From an uncultured Methanosarcinales archaeon (GTDB lineage: Archaea > Nanobdellota > Nanobdellia > Woesearchaeales > CAZOXR01), in contig CAZMIO010000008.1 of the NCBI GenBank assembly GCA_964566535.1, positions 1 to 48,761 on the forward strand: a stretch of DNA of 48,761 nt, written 5' to 3'. Position numbers and translations under genes: made by a program. This document shows positions 39,196 through 48,761 of the stretch, piece after piece. The first letter of the stretch is position 1, and the number at the start of each line of letters is the position of its first letter. The notes beneath the pieces are model-generated. The model was not told the DNA's origin, did no database searches, and saw only the letters and a list, made by a program, of their open reading frames with translations.

Positions 39196-40419
39196 CTACT
39201 TCTTCAACCTATCAGCACTAGCCTTCAACCTAAGCGCATTCAGCTTGATAAAGCCAACAGCATCTGTCTGGTCATATCCACCATGCACATCCATTGAAGC
39301 AATCTTCTCATCATAAAGAGAGTCTTTAGAAGTTCTACCCTTAACAGTAATATTCCCCTTATACAAACCAATTTTAACCTTACCGTTAACATACTTCTGC
39401 GTATAATCAAAAGCTGACATCAAAAACTCCATCTCAGGACTAAACCAAAATCCATTATAAACTAGCTGAGCAAACTTAGGAATTAATCCATCTCTAATTA
39501 ACATTACCTCTCTATCCATTGTCAAACATTCAATATCTCTGTGAGCATCATAAAGAATTGTTCCAGCAGGAGTTTCATACACCCCTCGCGATTTCATCCC
39601 AACAAATCTATTTTCAACTAAGTCAGTTCTTCCAACCCCATTCTTTCCAGCAACCTCATTAAGGTAACCATAAAGCTCAAGTGCACCAGTTACTTCCTTA
39701 CCATCACTCAAATTCTTAACCTTAACCGGATTCCCAGACTTAAACTCAACCTCAATAACAGTCTCCTTATCAGGAGCATTCATAGGACTAACAGTTTTCT
39801 TAAACATATCCTCAGTCGGCTCATATGCCGGATCTTCAAGTATCCCAGCCTCATAACTAATATGCATTAAATTATCATCAGATGAGTAAGGCTTCTTCTT
39901 TGTAGCCTCAACAGGAATACTATTCTCACTACAATACTCCAACATATCATTTCTTCCCTCAAACTTATCTAAGAACTCTTGCTCTTTCCATGGCGCATAG
40001 ATCTTAACACCAGGCATAAGAGTAAGATAAGCTAACTCAAACCTTACTTGATCATTCCCTTTCCCAGTTGCTCCGTGCGAAACAACCGTTGCTCCTTCTT
40101 TCTTAGCTACCTCAATCTGCTTCTTAGCAATAAGAGGTCTTGCAAGAGAAGTCCCAAGTAGATACCTTCCCTCATACTTTGCATTAGCCCTAATAGCCGG
40201 AAAAACATAATCAATAATAAACTCTTTCTTAGCATCAATAATATAAACCTTAGAAGCACCAATCTTCTCTGCCTTCTTCTTAGCAGCATCAAAATCATCA
40301 TCCTGCCCAACATCAATTATACAAGCAACAACATCATAATTCTTATCTATCAACCATTTCAAAATAACAGAAGTATCAAGTCCGCCAGAATACGCAAGTA
40401 CAACCTTTTCATTAGCCAT
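39196..40419 (-). CDS. argG: Argininosuccinate synthase
   Basis: [31 protein letters not shown]. Confidence 0.98.
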   Translation of the reverse strand: MANEKVVLAYSGGLDTSVILKWLIDKNYDVVACIIDVGQDDDFDAAKKKAEKIGASKVYIIDAKKEFIIDYVFPAIRANAKYEGRYLLGTSLARPLIAKKQIEVAKKEGATVVSHGATGKGNDQVRFELAYLTLMPGVKIYAPWKEQEFLDKFEGRNDMLEYCSENSIPVEATKKKPYSSDDNLMHISYEAGILEDPAYEPTEDMFKKTVSPMNAPDKETVIEVEFKSGNPVKVKNLSDGKEVTGALELYGYLNEVAGKNGVGRTDLVENRFVGMKSRGVYETPAGTILYDAHRDIECLTMDREVMLIRDGLIPKFAQLVYNGFWFSPEMEFLMSAFDYTQKYVNGKVKIGLYKGNITVKGRTSKDSLYDEKIASMDVHGGYDQTDAVGFIKLNALRLKASADRLKK

Positions 40420-40704
40420 TTTTCATTCACCCATTGTTTATTATTTTTTCCATTACAATTAGTTTTATTAATTATTTTTATATTTTATTTATTGGAATTT
40501 TTTAATGATTAGTTCTTTATTGGTTTCTATTTATTTTAATTTCATTAGTTATTTTATTAATAAGTTTTTCATTCACCTTAATTATTGATTAATCCCTTAT
40601 CTTTTAAAGTTATTGCTTGATATCAGATAGAATTAAACTTTTCTGTCCAATATAAGACATTTACAAGCAGAATATTTATAACAACATACAACTCACTATC
40701 TTTA

Positions 40705-41040
40705 ATGTCACTAAACGAAATATTCTTATCGACATATTGCTGCGTAGAAGGTGTTGATGATATTGAACCCCTAGAGGAAACAAGAGCACGAGTTGAAGAA
40801 TTTCTAGGAAAACAATACGGTGAACCTACAAGATTGGAATCTGTAAACAGCAAATCATACCAAGACGAAGATACAACAGTTTTTCTCCTATACAGCTCAC
40901 CTCAAGAAAAAAAGATGGGTGTTTTAACAGTCACCATAGCACCAAATGAAGGAAAATCCCCAAACCTAGAAGAAATCGCAGAACAAATAATCATAGCATC
41001 AAAAAACAAATTAGTCAAACAAAGATTTTCAGACTGCTAA
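40705..41040 (+). CDS. Hypothetical protein
   Basis: 111-aa ORF with TATA ~22 nt upstream. Confidence 0.6.
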   Translation: MSLNEIFLSTYCCVEGVDDIEPLEETRARVEEFLGKQYGEPTRLESVNSKSYQDEDTTVFLLYSSPQEKKMGVLTVTIAPNEGKSPNLEEIAEQIIIASKNKLVKQRFSDC

Positions 41041-44000
41041 TTAAATCTTTTATAATAATCCTCTAAATTATCAACAGAAATATCTCCTTTAATAAAACTT
41101 TTAATCGCACTAACATAAGCCAAAGTTCCAGGTTTAGTCGTAACATAAGGAATTCCCATCTCAACACATCCTCTTCTGATCTTATACCCATCAGAACCAA
41201 CTCCGGAACCACTAGGAATAATTATTATCATATCCAACTTCTTACCCTTCATCATATCAATAATCTTAGGGTCTTCATGCACCTTCGGAACAGCCTTAGC
41301 ATTTATCCCCTTAGAAGAAAGAAACTCCTGAGTTCCTTCAGTACAATAAACATCAAAACCTAACTTAACCAAATCCTTAGCAATCGGAACAAAGAAATCC
41401 TTATTCCTATCGCGCCCTATACTCAAAAGAACATTCCCTTTCTTTGGTAAGTTCATATAAGAAGCAGCCTGTGCCTTGTAGTAAGCCTTGCCAAAATCAG
41501 AATCAATTCCCATAACTTCCCCAGTCGATTTCATCTCAGGACCAAGCACTGGATCAACACCGGACAATTTAATGAAAGGAAATACTGCTTCTTTAACCGA
41601 AACAAAATTAGGCTCTTTATAATCCTTAAGCCCAAATTCAGATAATTTCTTTCCCATCATTAATTTAGTAGCAATCTTAGCAAGCGGAATCCCAATTGTC
41701 TTAGAAACATAAGGAACAGTCCGCGAAGCACGAGGATTAGCCTCAAGTATATACACTACACCATCCTTAATTGCATACTGTATGTTCATAAGCCCAATAA
41801 CCTTAAGCTCCTTAGCAAGCTTAGTAGTATACTCAATAACTGTTCGTTTAACTTCAGCAGAAATTGTCTGTGGAGGTATAACACAAGCAGAGTCTCCAGA
41901 GTGAACTCCTGCCTCTTCAATATGTTCCATTATTGCAGCAACATAAACCTCCTTACCATCACAAAGCGCATCAACATCAAGTTCAATCGCATTTCCTAAA
42001 AACTTATCAACCAAAACTGGCTTATCAGGACTAACGGAGGCAGCTTCCTTCATATACTTCTTAAGCTCTTCATCAGAATCAACAACCTTCATGGCCCTAC
42101 CACCTAAAACAAAACTAGGCCTAACTAAAACTGGATAACCAATCCTAGCAGAGATCTCAAGCGCCTCAGAAATAGACAGAGCAGTTCCCCATTCAGCAGA
42201 AGGAATCTTCAACTTATCCAAAATCCCACCAAACCGTTTCCTATCTTCAGCCATATCAATACTCTCAGGAGATGTTCCCAAAATATTCACACCAGCTTCA
42301 TGTAATCTCATAGCCATATTTATCGGAGTCTGTCCACCAAACTGAACAATAACTCCATATGGCTTTTCTCGTTCAATAACATTCATAACATCCTCAAAAG
42401 TCAAAGGCTCAAAATACAATTTATCGGAAGTGTCAAAATCAGTTGAAACTGTTTCTGGATTATTATTAATTATCTGAGCCTCAATTCCCATCTCACGCAA
42501 TGAGAAAACAGAGTGCACACAACAATAATCGAACTCAATTCCCTGCCCAATCCGAATAGGCCCACCACCAATCAAAATAACCTTCTTTTTATCAGAAATA
42601 TTAGACTCATCCTCTTCCTCATATGTAGAATACATATAAGGAGTATATGCCTTAAACTCAGCAGCACAAGTATCAACCATCTTATACGTAGGAATAATTC
42701 CCTCACCAATCCTAAACTTCCGAACTTCATCCTCACTCTTACCAACAATAGTTGCAATCTGAACATCAGAAAATCCGTTCCTCTTAGCATCTAAAATAGA
42801 ATCCTTATCAAACTTAATCTTCTTCCCCATATCATAAACATTTTTAACTTTAGTCAGGAACCATTTATTTATCCCAGTCAAATGATGTATCTCATCTATA
42901 CTGATCCCAATATGCATTGCATCTCTAATATACATCATCCTTTTGTGCGTTGCAACTTTTAAGTTCTGAACTATCTCTTTCTTATCTTTGCATATCTTAT
43001 CCTTAGGATCATGACCAAGCCCAAATCTTCCAACCTCAAGAGACCTAATTGCTTTCTGAAGAGCTTCCTCAAAAGTCCGTCCAATAGCCATAGTCTCCCC
43101 AGTTGATTTCATCTGAGTTCCAATCCGCTTATCAGCCGTATCAAACTTATCAAAAGGCCATCTCGGGATCTTCACAACAACATAATCAATTGTCGGCTCA
43201 AAACAAGCCTTAGTCTCCTTAGTAACATCATTTGGAATCTCATCAAGTGTCATCCCAATTGCAATCTTAGCAGCAATCCTAGCAATAGGGTAACCAGTGG
43301 CCTTTGAAGCTAAAGCAGAACTTCGACTAACTCGAGGATTAACTTCAACAATCATATAATCTCCAGTCTTATAATTCATTGCAAACTGAATATTACATCC
43401 GCCCTCAACCTTTAGCGCTCTTATGATCTTAATAGCAGAAGTACGTAAAACCTGAAAATCATGATCATTCAATGTCTGAGTTGGAGCAACAACAATTGAC
43501 TCCCCAGTATGTATCCCCATCGGATCAAAGTTCTCCATCGGACAAATAATTATGCAGTTATCATTCTTGTCCCTCATTACTTCCATCTCAAACTCTCCCC
43601 AATCCTGAGTCCCCATAATAGCCTGTTCTAGCAAAACCTGATCAATCATACTCTGAGTTAACCCAGAATTAACAAACTGCTTCAACTCAGAATCATTGTA
43701 AGCAATTCCACCACCAGCCCCACCAAGCGTATAAGCAGGACGAATAATAACGGGATAGCCATACTCAGAAACAAACTCCTTAGCAGAATCATATGAATTT
43801 ATAATCGCACTCTCAGGAATTGGTTCCTCAATCTCCTTCATCAAATTCTTAAACTTCTCCCGATCTTCACCATCCTCAATAGCTTTTATAGAAGTCCCAA
43901 GTACCTCAACCTTACACTCATCCAAAATCCCAGATTTTGCCAACTGTTGAGCCAAGTTCAACCCAGTCTGCCCACCCATAGTAGGAAGTAACCCATCAGG

Positions 44001-44246
44001 CTTCTCTTTCCTAATAATCTTAGAAAGAATCTCAACATTCAGAGGCTCAATATAGATCTTATCCGCAACATCAGTATCAGTCATAATCGTAGCCGGATTA
44101 GAATTCACGAGTATAACCTTATACCCTTCCTCTCGAAGTGCTTTACAGGCTTGCGTACCTGAATAGTCGAATTCTGCGGCTTGGCCTATTACAATCGGGC
44201 CCGACCCAATTACCATAATTTTCTTCAAATCTTTTCGCTTCGGCAT
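41037..44246 (-). CDS. carB: Carbamoyl-phosphate synthase large subunit
   Basis: MPKR..GSGPIVIGQAAEFDYSG; duplicated ATP-grasp; MGS tail. Confidence 0.98.
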   Translation of the reverse strand: MPKRKDLKKIMVIGSGPIVIGQAAEFDYSGTQACKALREEGYKVILVNSNPATIMTDTDVADKIYIEPLNVEILSKIIRKEKPDGLLPTMGGQTGLNLAQQLAKSGILDECKVEVLGTSIKAIEDGEDREKFKNLMKEIEEPIPESAIINSYDSAKEFVSEYGYPVIIRPAYTLGGAGGGIAYNDSELKQFVNSGLTQSMIDQVLLEQAIMGTQDWGEFEMEVMRDKNDNCIIICPMENFDPMGIHTGESIVVAPTQTLNDHDFQVLRTSAIKIIRALKVEGGCNIQFAMNYKTGDYMIVEVNPRVSRSSALASKATGYPIARIAAKIAIGMTLDEIPNDVTKETKACFEPTIDYVVVKIPRWPFDKFDTADKRIGTQMKSTGETMAIGRTFEEALQKAIRSLEVGRFGLGHDPKDKICKDKKEIVQNLKVATHKRMMYIRDAMHIGISIDEIHHLTGINKWFLTKVKNVYDMGKKIKFDKDSILDAKRNGFSDVQIATIVGKSEDEVRKFRIGEGIIPTYKMVDTCAAEFKAYTPYMYSTYEEEDESNISDKKKVILIGGGPIRIGQGIEFDYCCVHSVFSLREMGIEAQIINNNPETVSTDFDTSDKLYFEPLTFEDVMNVIEREKPYGVIVQFGGQTPINMAMRLHEAGVNILGTSPESIDMAEDRKRFGGILDKLKIPSAEWGTALSISEALEISARIGYPVLVRPSFVLGGRAMKVVDSDEELKKYMKEAASVSPDKPVLVDKFLGNAIELDVDALCDGKEVYVAAIMEHIEEAGVHSGDSACVIPPQTISAEVKRTVIEYTTKLAKELKVIGLMNIQYAIKDGVVYILEANPRASRTVPYVSKTIGIPLAKIATKLMMGKKLSEFGLKDYKEPNFVSVKEAVFPFIKLSGVDPVLGPEMKSTGEVMGIDSDFGKAYYKAQAASYMNLPKKGNVLLSIGRDRNKDFFVPIAKDLVKLGFDVYCTEGTQEFLSSKGINAKAVPKVHEDPKIIDMMKGKKLDMIIIIPSGSGVGSDGYKIRRGCVEMGIPYVTTKPGTLAYVSAIKSFIKGDISVDNLEDYYKRFN

Positions 44247-44305
44247 TTTATTAGTGGTTTTTTCCGTTTTTAATTTATTTTAATTTTTTAATTATTGATT
44301 AGTTT

Positions 44306-44824
44306 TTATTGGTTTTCCATTTTTATTTTATTTTTATATTCTAAATAATCATCAAAAACTTTCTTAGCAGTCGGACTCAATTTACCCTCTTTCTCAAACC
44401 CCCTTATCTCATCAAAAGTCATAAACCTCCCTTGCTCAACTTCTTCCTCTTGTAATTTCATCGGACCATTAGATTTACACAAAAAGATCTTTTTATTTGC
44501 ATTATGACCCTCTGATCGAAATCTCTGATTAAATAAAAATTCTAACTCAACATCTTTTATCCCAATCTCTTCCCCTAATTCCCTTTTAGCAGTCTCTTCA
44601 TAGCTTTCCCCAGCACTAACAGCCCCACCAACCTTCGTATCCCACATTCCAGGATACAAGAACCTAGTAATAGTTCTCTGATGAACAAAAAGTTCACCTT
44701 TATCATTCTCAACAATAATATTAGCAGACCTATGAATTAAATTATTTTCTTCAACTTCCTTCCTAGGCTTTTCACCTATAATATTGTCATTTTCATCAAC
44801 AACAGATAGTATTTCTTCTTTCAT
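44306..44824 (-). CDS. NUDIX hydrolase (IDI/YfcD-like)
   Basis: GGAVSAGESYEETAKRELGEEIG Nudix box. Confidence 0.9.
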   Translation of the reverse strand: MKEEILSVVDENDNIIGEKPRKEVEENNLIHRSANIIVENDKGELFVHQRTITRFLYPGMWDTKVGGAVSAGESYEETAKRELGEEIGIKDVELEFLFNQRFRSEGHNANKKIFLCKSNGPMKLQEEEVEQGRFMTFDEIRGFEKEGKLSPTAKKVFDDYLEYKNKIKMENQ

Positions 44825-45897
44825 TTTAAATCCTTAACAAACCTATCAAATATATTCTCAATATCCCACGGCCCAGGGTTAGCCTCTGGATGCATCTGTA
44901 TAGTTTGAATAGGCAATTTATCATGCTTTACCCCCTCAACAGACTCATCATTCAAATTCACATGCGAAACGAAAAGCCCAGTTCCATCCAAACTCTCAGC
45001 ATCAACTGCAAAACCATGATTTTGAGAAGTAATATACACCTTATTCTCAGCAATATCCTTAACAGGCTGATTAGTACCCCTATGTCCAAACTTTAACTTG
45101 TAAGTCTTACCACCCAAAGCCAAACTAACAATCTGATTCCCAAAACAAATTCCAGTAATAGGAAGTTCAGACTGCAATTCCCTAACACAATTAATAGCAT
45201 CAACAGCCTTCTCAGGATCCCCTGGACCGTTAGCAACAAACAACCCATTAGCCTTCAAATCAATAATCTCCTGAGCACTAACATTGTAAGGTAATTGCAC
45301 AACATTAACCTTCCTCTTCAAAAAATTCCTAATAATAGAATGCTTCACACCAGTATCAATCATAGCAATTGTTTTCTTACCGGAACAATCATGCCTAACT
45401 GCTTCCTTAACAGAAACTTTCTCTAAAAAATTAAACGAAGAATAATCCTCCATCTTCTTAACCTTATCAACTATTTCCTTAACATCAATCTCTCCCTTAG
45501 AAACAACTAACGCCCCATTCATAACTCCATGAACCCTTATCTTCTTAACCAACATACGAGTATCAATACCATAAATCCCAGGAATCTCATATTCAGAAAG
45601 AAATTCACCAAGCGACTTAACGGCACCTCTGTGCTGGTAAAAATCACTATAATCCCTCACAACAAAACCCTCAACCTGTACCTTGTCAGACTCAAACTTT
45701 CCCTCCCTAACCCCATAATTCCCAACTAAAGGATAAGTAGCAGTTAAAATCTGACCCTTATACGAAGGATCAGTCAAACTTTCCTCATAACCAACCATTG
45801 AAGTGTTAAACACAACCTCTCCAACCGTCTCTTTCTCAGCCCCAAAACCATGACCGCAAAGCACAGTCCCATCACTAAGAACTAAAACTGCTTTCAT
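44821..45897 (-). CDS. carA: Carbamoyl-phosphate synthase small subunit
   Basis: GEVVFNT, NGPGDP, GICFG, SQNHGF, HPEA. Confidence 0.98.
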   Translation of the reverse strand: MKAVLVLSDGTVLCGHGFGAEKETVGEVVFNTSMVGYEESLTDPSYKGQILTATYPLVGNYGVREGKFESDKVQVEGFVVRDYSDFYQHRGAVKSLGEFLSEYEIPGIYGIDTRMLVKKIRVHGVMNGALVVSKGEIDVKEIVDKVKKMEDYSSFNFLEKVSVKEAVRHDCSGKKTIAMIDTGVKHSIIRNFLKRKVNVVQLPYNVSAQEIIDLKANGLFVANGPGDPEKAVDAINCVRELQSELPITGICFGNQIVSLALGGKTYKLKFGHRGTNQPVKDIAENKVYITSQNHGFAVDAESLDGTGLFVSHVNLNDESVEGVKHDKLPIQTIQMHPEANPGPWDIENIFDRFVKDLK

Positions 45898-46021
45898 ACA
45901 AAATCACCACGAATAGATATACTTAGAGAAATAAAGACCTCATCATTTAATGAACAATTTTTCATTAAAAATATGAATGATGTTACTTGATATAAAAATA
46001 TTGTGGTTGTTTAGTTAGAAT

Positions 46022-46813
46022 TCAATATTAACACTTAATTTGGTTGATGAAATCACTCAAACTCGTGGTCAAAGTAATAAAGAATGTGTTGGCCAAGGAA
46101 TTGGTAACGTCGTTACTGGTTTTTTTGGAGGAATGGGTGGTTGTGCTATGATTGGTCAAAGTATGATCAATGTTGAAGCTGGTGGTAGAACCAGACTATC
46201 AAGTTTTAGTGCTTCAATATTCCTATTAATTTCAATCCTGTTTGCAGCACCACTAATAGAGATGATACCTGTAGCTGCATTAGTTGGGGTTATGTTTATG
46301 GTAGTTATAGGCACTTTTGAATGGTCCAGTCTTAGAGTTATTAATAAAATTCCAAGATCTGATGCTTTTGTATTAATGTTAGTTAGTATAGTAACAGTTC
46401 TTACTGACCTTGCAACTGCAGTAGTTATAGGTGTTATAATTAGTGCACTTGTTTTTGCATGGAAGAAAAGTGCAGTTATACAAGCTAAGGTTGTTTTGGG
46501 TAAAGGCAAGAAAACATATAAGTTAAGCGGACCGTTATTTTTTGGTTCAATTAGAACTTTTACAGATTTATTTGATATTAAAAAAGATCCAGAAAACGTA
46601 TATGTTGATTTTAAATATTCAAGAGTTCATGACCATAGCGCGCTCGAAGCAATTGATAATCTTACTGAAAAGTACGCAAAGGCTGGAAAAGAACTCCACG
46701 TCTTAAATGTAAGTCATGAATGCAAGGAACTATTAACAAAAGCCAAAGACATCACTGAAATTAACCTCATTGAAGATGAATGGATGCACATAGCTAGTAA
46801 TAAATTGGGTTAG
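46022..46813 (+). pseudogene. 5'-truncated SulP/STAS anion transporter
   Basis: Begins mid-protein (SILTLNLVDEIT..NKECVGQG..GGCAMIGQS); in-frame TAG at 46016-46018; STAS domain intact. Confidence 0.8.
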
Positions 46814-46825
46814 TATATTGCGCTT

Positions 46826-47803
46826 GTTATACGTTTTTTCTGCAAGAAAAAAAGCCGAAGGCGGAATGGAGTCCGGAAAAATTTCGTCCGAAAAGTTGAG
46901 AAAAAGACCGTCCCCTTAAAGCACGGAGTGCCTTAAAGGGAAAGAAGTTTAGGCGGGGCGTTATCAATATATTTTTAAATCAAATTTGATTTCTATTGTA
47001 ATTATGCATCCTAAATTAGCAGTAATATTAAATGGAGCTAAATCTATTGTTTTATTGAAATATCAAGTTCCAGGATATGAAGAGAGGGCAGAAGAATACA
47101 AACATAATGCATATATGTATGCACTTAGAAGAGCTCAAATTGATGAAAACCCATATCCTGATGATATTGGAACAGTTATTGACTCAGTAATTTTAAGGTT
47201 TTATCAGGGTAGGAGAGTTGAGATTATAAAAAATGAAGAAGGTGCACACTTTATTAGAACACCAAATGGTAATTACCATTATATTGATATGCAAATTTCC
47301 GAAGCACAATTAAGAAAGGGAAGACATTATGAAGCTTTATCAAAAAGTGCTGTTAGAAGATATTTGATTCAAATAAATCCATTATCTAAGGTAACGTCAG
47401 CAGTTGAAGATTTAGGGAATACTGTTAGGTGGGAATTAGATTCATTAAATTATATATTATATAGATTAAATGATACATTAGCGATTGGTTCAGAAGGTAC
47501 TAAAGGAAGTTTATCATCTCCTCAAGATCCCTTAGAATTAATATTAGGATTAGATACTCCAAAATCTTTGCCTGCTCCTTCAACAGATAAAACAGATTAA
47601 ATTACTAAAAGCCCCGCCCCTACAAGTTAAAGGTCTTTTTCTCAATTGTAACTAACATATGCGATTAACCGCAGTTCCGAAGCCCTCGAAAATTCCGACC
47701 CATATGGATGGAGGAATTTTCAGAGTTGGCTGAGGAATTGGGGAGAGGAACGAATTTTGCTTGGCAAAATAGCGGAGCGGTCGTTCCGAACCGGTTAATC
47801 GCT
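46826..47803 (+). mobile_element. Putative gene cassette unit 1
   Basis: GTTATAC start; conserved 29-mer (46868-46896); nested inverted repeats around the gene; attC-like hairpin at the 3' end. Confidence 0.55.
47004..47600 (+). CDS. Cassette cargo, hypothetical protein
   Basis: ATG 47004 lies ~23 nt after TTTTAAAT; no recognisable motif. Confidence 0.7.
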   Translation: MHPKLAVILNGAKSIVLLKYQVPGYEERAEEYKHNAYMYALRRAQIDENPYPDDIGTVIDSVILRFYQGRRVEIIKNEEGAHFIRTPNGNYHYIDMQISEAQLRKGRHYEALSKSAVRRYLIQINPLSKVTSAVEDLGNTVRWELDSLNYILYRLNDTLAIGSEGTKGSLSSPQDPLELILGLDTPKSLPAPSTDKTD

Positions 47804-47810
47804 GTTAAAT
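47650..47810 (+). repeat. attC-like recombination hairpin
   Basis: AACTAAC...GCGATTAACCG [branched stem-loops] CGGTTAATCGC-T-GTTAAAT (GTTRRRY). Confidence 0.6.
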
Positions 47811-48761
47811 ACCTTTTCCGTTACGAGCGACTGAAAGGAGCGGAGTTCGGAAAAGTTGCGTCCGCAAAGTAAAATTTCCATTTTCCAATAAATCTTGAGT
47901 AGCAGACAGTATTTTAAAAATCGGGGGCCTTCTATCAATGGAGCGAATAGCGACAATCAAGAATAAGAATCGGGGGGCTCTAGAGTTTATTAAAGTTAAT
48001 TTTATTCTCTATATAGTAGTTACAAAATAGAAAGATTTATAAAGGGTATTATATTCTATTAAAATATGAAACGAAGACGTTTTTTCCAAAGTATTCCTTA
48101 TATTGGAAGTGTAGCTTTAGCTGGAAATGCTTTAGCTCAAGATAGAGAAGTTGAACCTGGATCCAAAATAGTAACACCTACTTCTGAAAGATATCCCAAT
48201 TGGGATAGCGCGGGTAACTTTATTAGAAGAACATCGGATGAAATAATTGAAGGCCCGTTAGAATATATTGCGGATAGTGTAGGCAATCAAGATGGAACAG
48301 TTGAACCAATGGAAGCAGATTATATGAATATGAAGTTTGAGAGAGCTGATAGATTATATGTTTGTTCGATGAATGGTACTGAGTTTTATCTATATGGTAT
48401 GCGAGAAATATTTACATCACTTGATGATGCAATAAAATATTGGAATGATAACCCAAATAGAGGTCCTACAAGTGTGATCGAGTTTGATAAAACTGGGATT
48501 ACTCGAGCTTTTGCGGTCGGAGAAGTAGTTGTGGAACTTGATAATGTTTCTACTGCAGATTATAATGCTAAAATGCAAGAAAGGCGGGATAGAACCCGAC
48601 AAGAAAGATCAAATAGATAATCATTTCACTTAATTTTCTGTTTAGACAAAGACCCCCTTATATTTTTAGCCCCCGATTTATTTATAGAATGGAAATTTTA
48701 TTGTATTTAACATCGCGATTATCCGAAGTGCTTTAAGTCCGAAGGACATTAAAGCATTTGG
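47804..48761 (+). mobile_element. Putative gene cassette unit 2 (runs off window)
   Basis: Starts GTTAAATAC; complementary GTATTTAAC (RYYYAAC) at 48703-48711; same architecture as unit 1. Confidence 0.6.
48066..48620 (+). CDS. Cassette cargo, secreted protein with twin-arginine-like signal peptide
   Basis: MKRRRFF + h-region + ALA cleavage motif; own BRE-TATA at 48024-48043. Confidence 0.75.
   Translation: MKRRRFFQSIPYIGSVALAGNALAQDREVEPGSKIVTPTSERYPNWDSAGNFIRRTSDEIIEGPLEYIADSVGNQDGTVEPMEADYMNMKFERADRLYVCSMNGTEFYLYGMREIFTSLDDAIKYWNDNPNRGPTSVIEFDKTGITRAFAVGEVVVELDNVSTADYNAKMQERRDRTRQERSNR

Noticed and set aside
40430..40580. Leader peptide or attenuator upstream of argG
   Set aside because: Only very short AT-rich ORFs, none recognisably Arg-rich, and no stable hairpins
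46868..46896. Hammerhead ribozyme (GGACGAAA on minus strand)
   Set aside because: No CUGANGA core, and unit 2 has GGACGCAA
263..48602. Numerous antisense and alternate-frame ORFs in the track
   Set aside because: Shadows of real genes caused by codon bias; no motifs or promoters

Overview
AT-rich archaeal chromosome segment. Archaeal markers include SRP54, TFE, Lsm-L37e, DUF655, a tRNA-Leu(TAG) with a 37/38 intron, and BRE-TATA promoters about 22-25 nt upstream of mostly leaderless genes. Gene style suggests a DPANN lineage such as Woesearchaeota (inference). Housekeeping genes alternate with single orphan genes and many bacterial-type enzymes (MetK, RibD, RsuA/RluB, CspA, ArgD/ArgG/CarAB, ThrC). 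Main surprises: (1) at the right end, a tandem array of single-gene units, each with attC-like ends, a conserved hairpin plus CGTCCGnAAAG motif, and a fully covarying stem enclosing the cargo gene; (2) an intact sigma-70-family gene under an archaeal TATA promoter; (3) a conserved ~90-nt two-hairpin non-coding element present twice; (4) an orphan ~100-aa-repeat protein coupled to an unannotated RHH repressor. Several small Zn-ribbon and membrane ORFs missing from the ORF track were also found. No integrase, transposase, CRISPR array or rRNA is visible. All calls were made by eye, without database searches.
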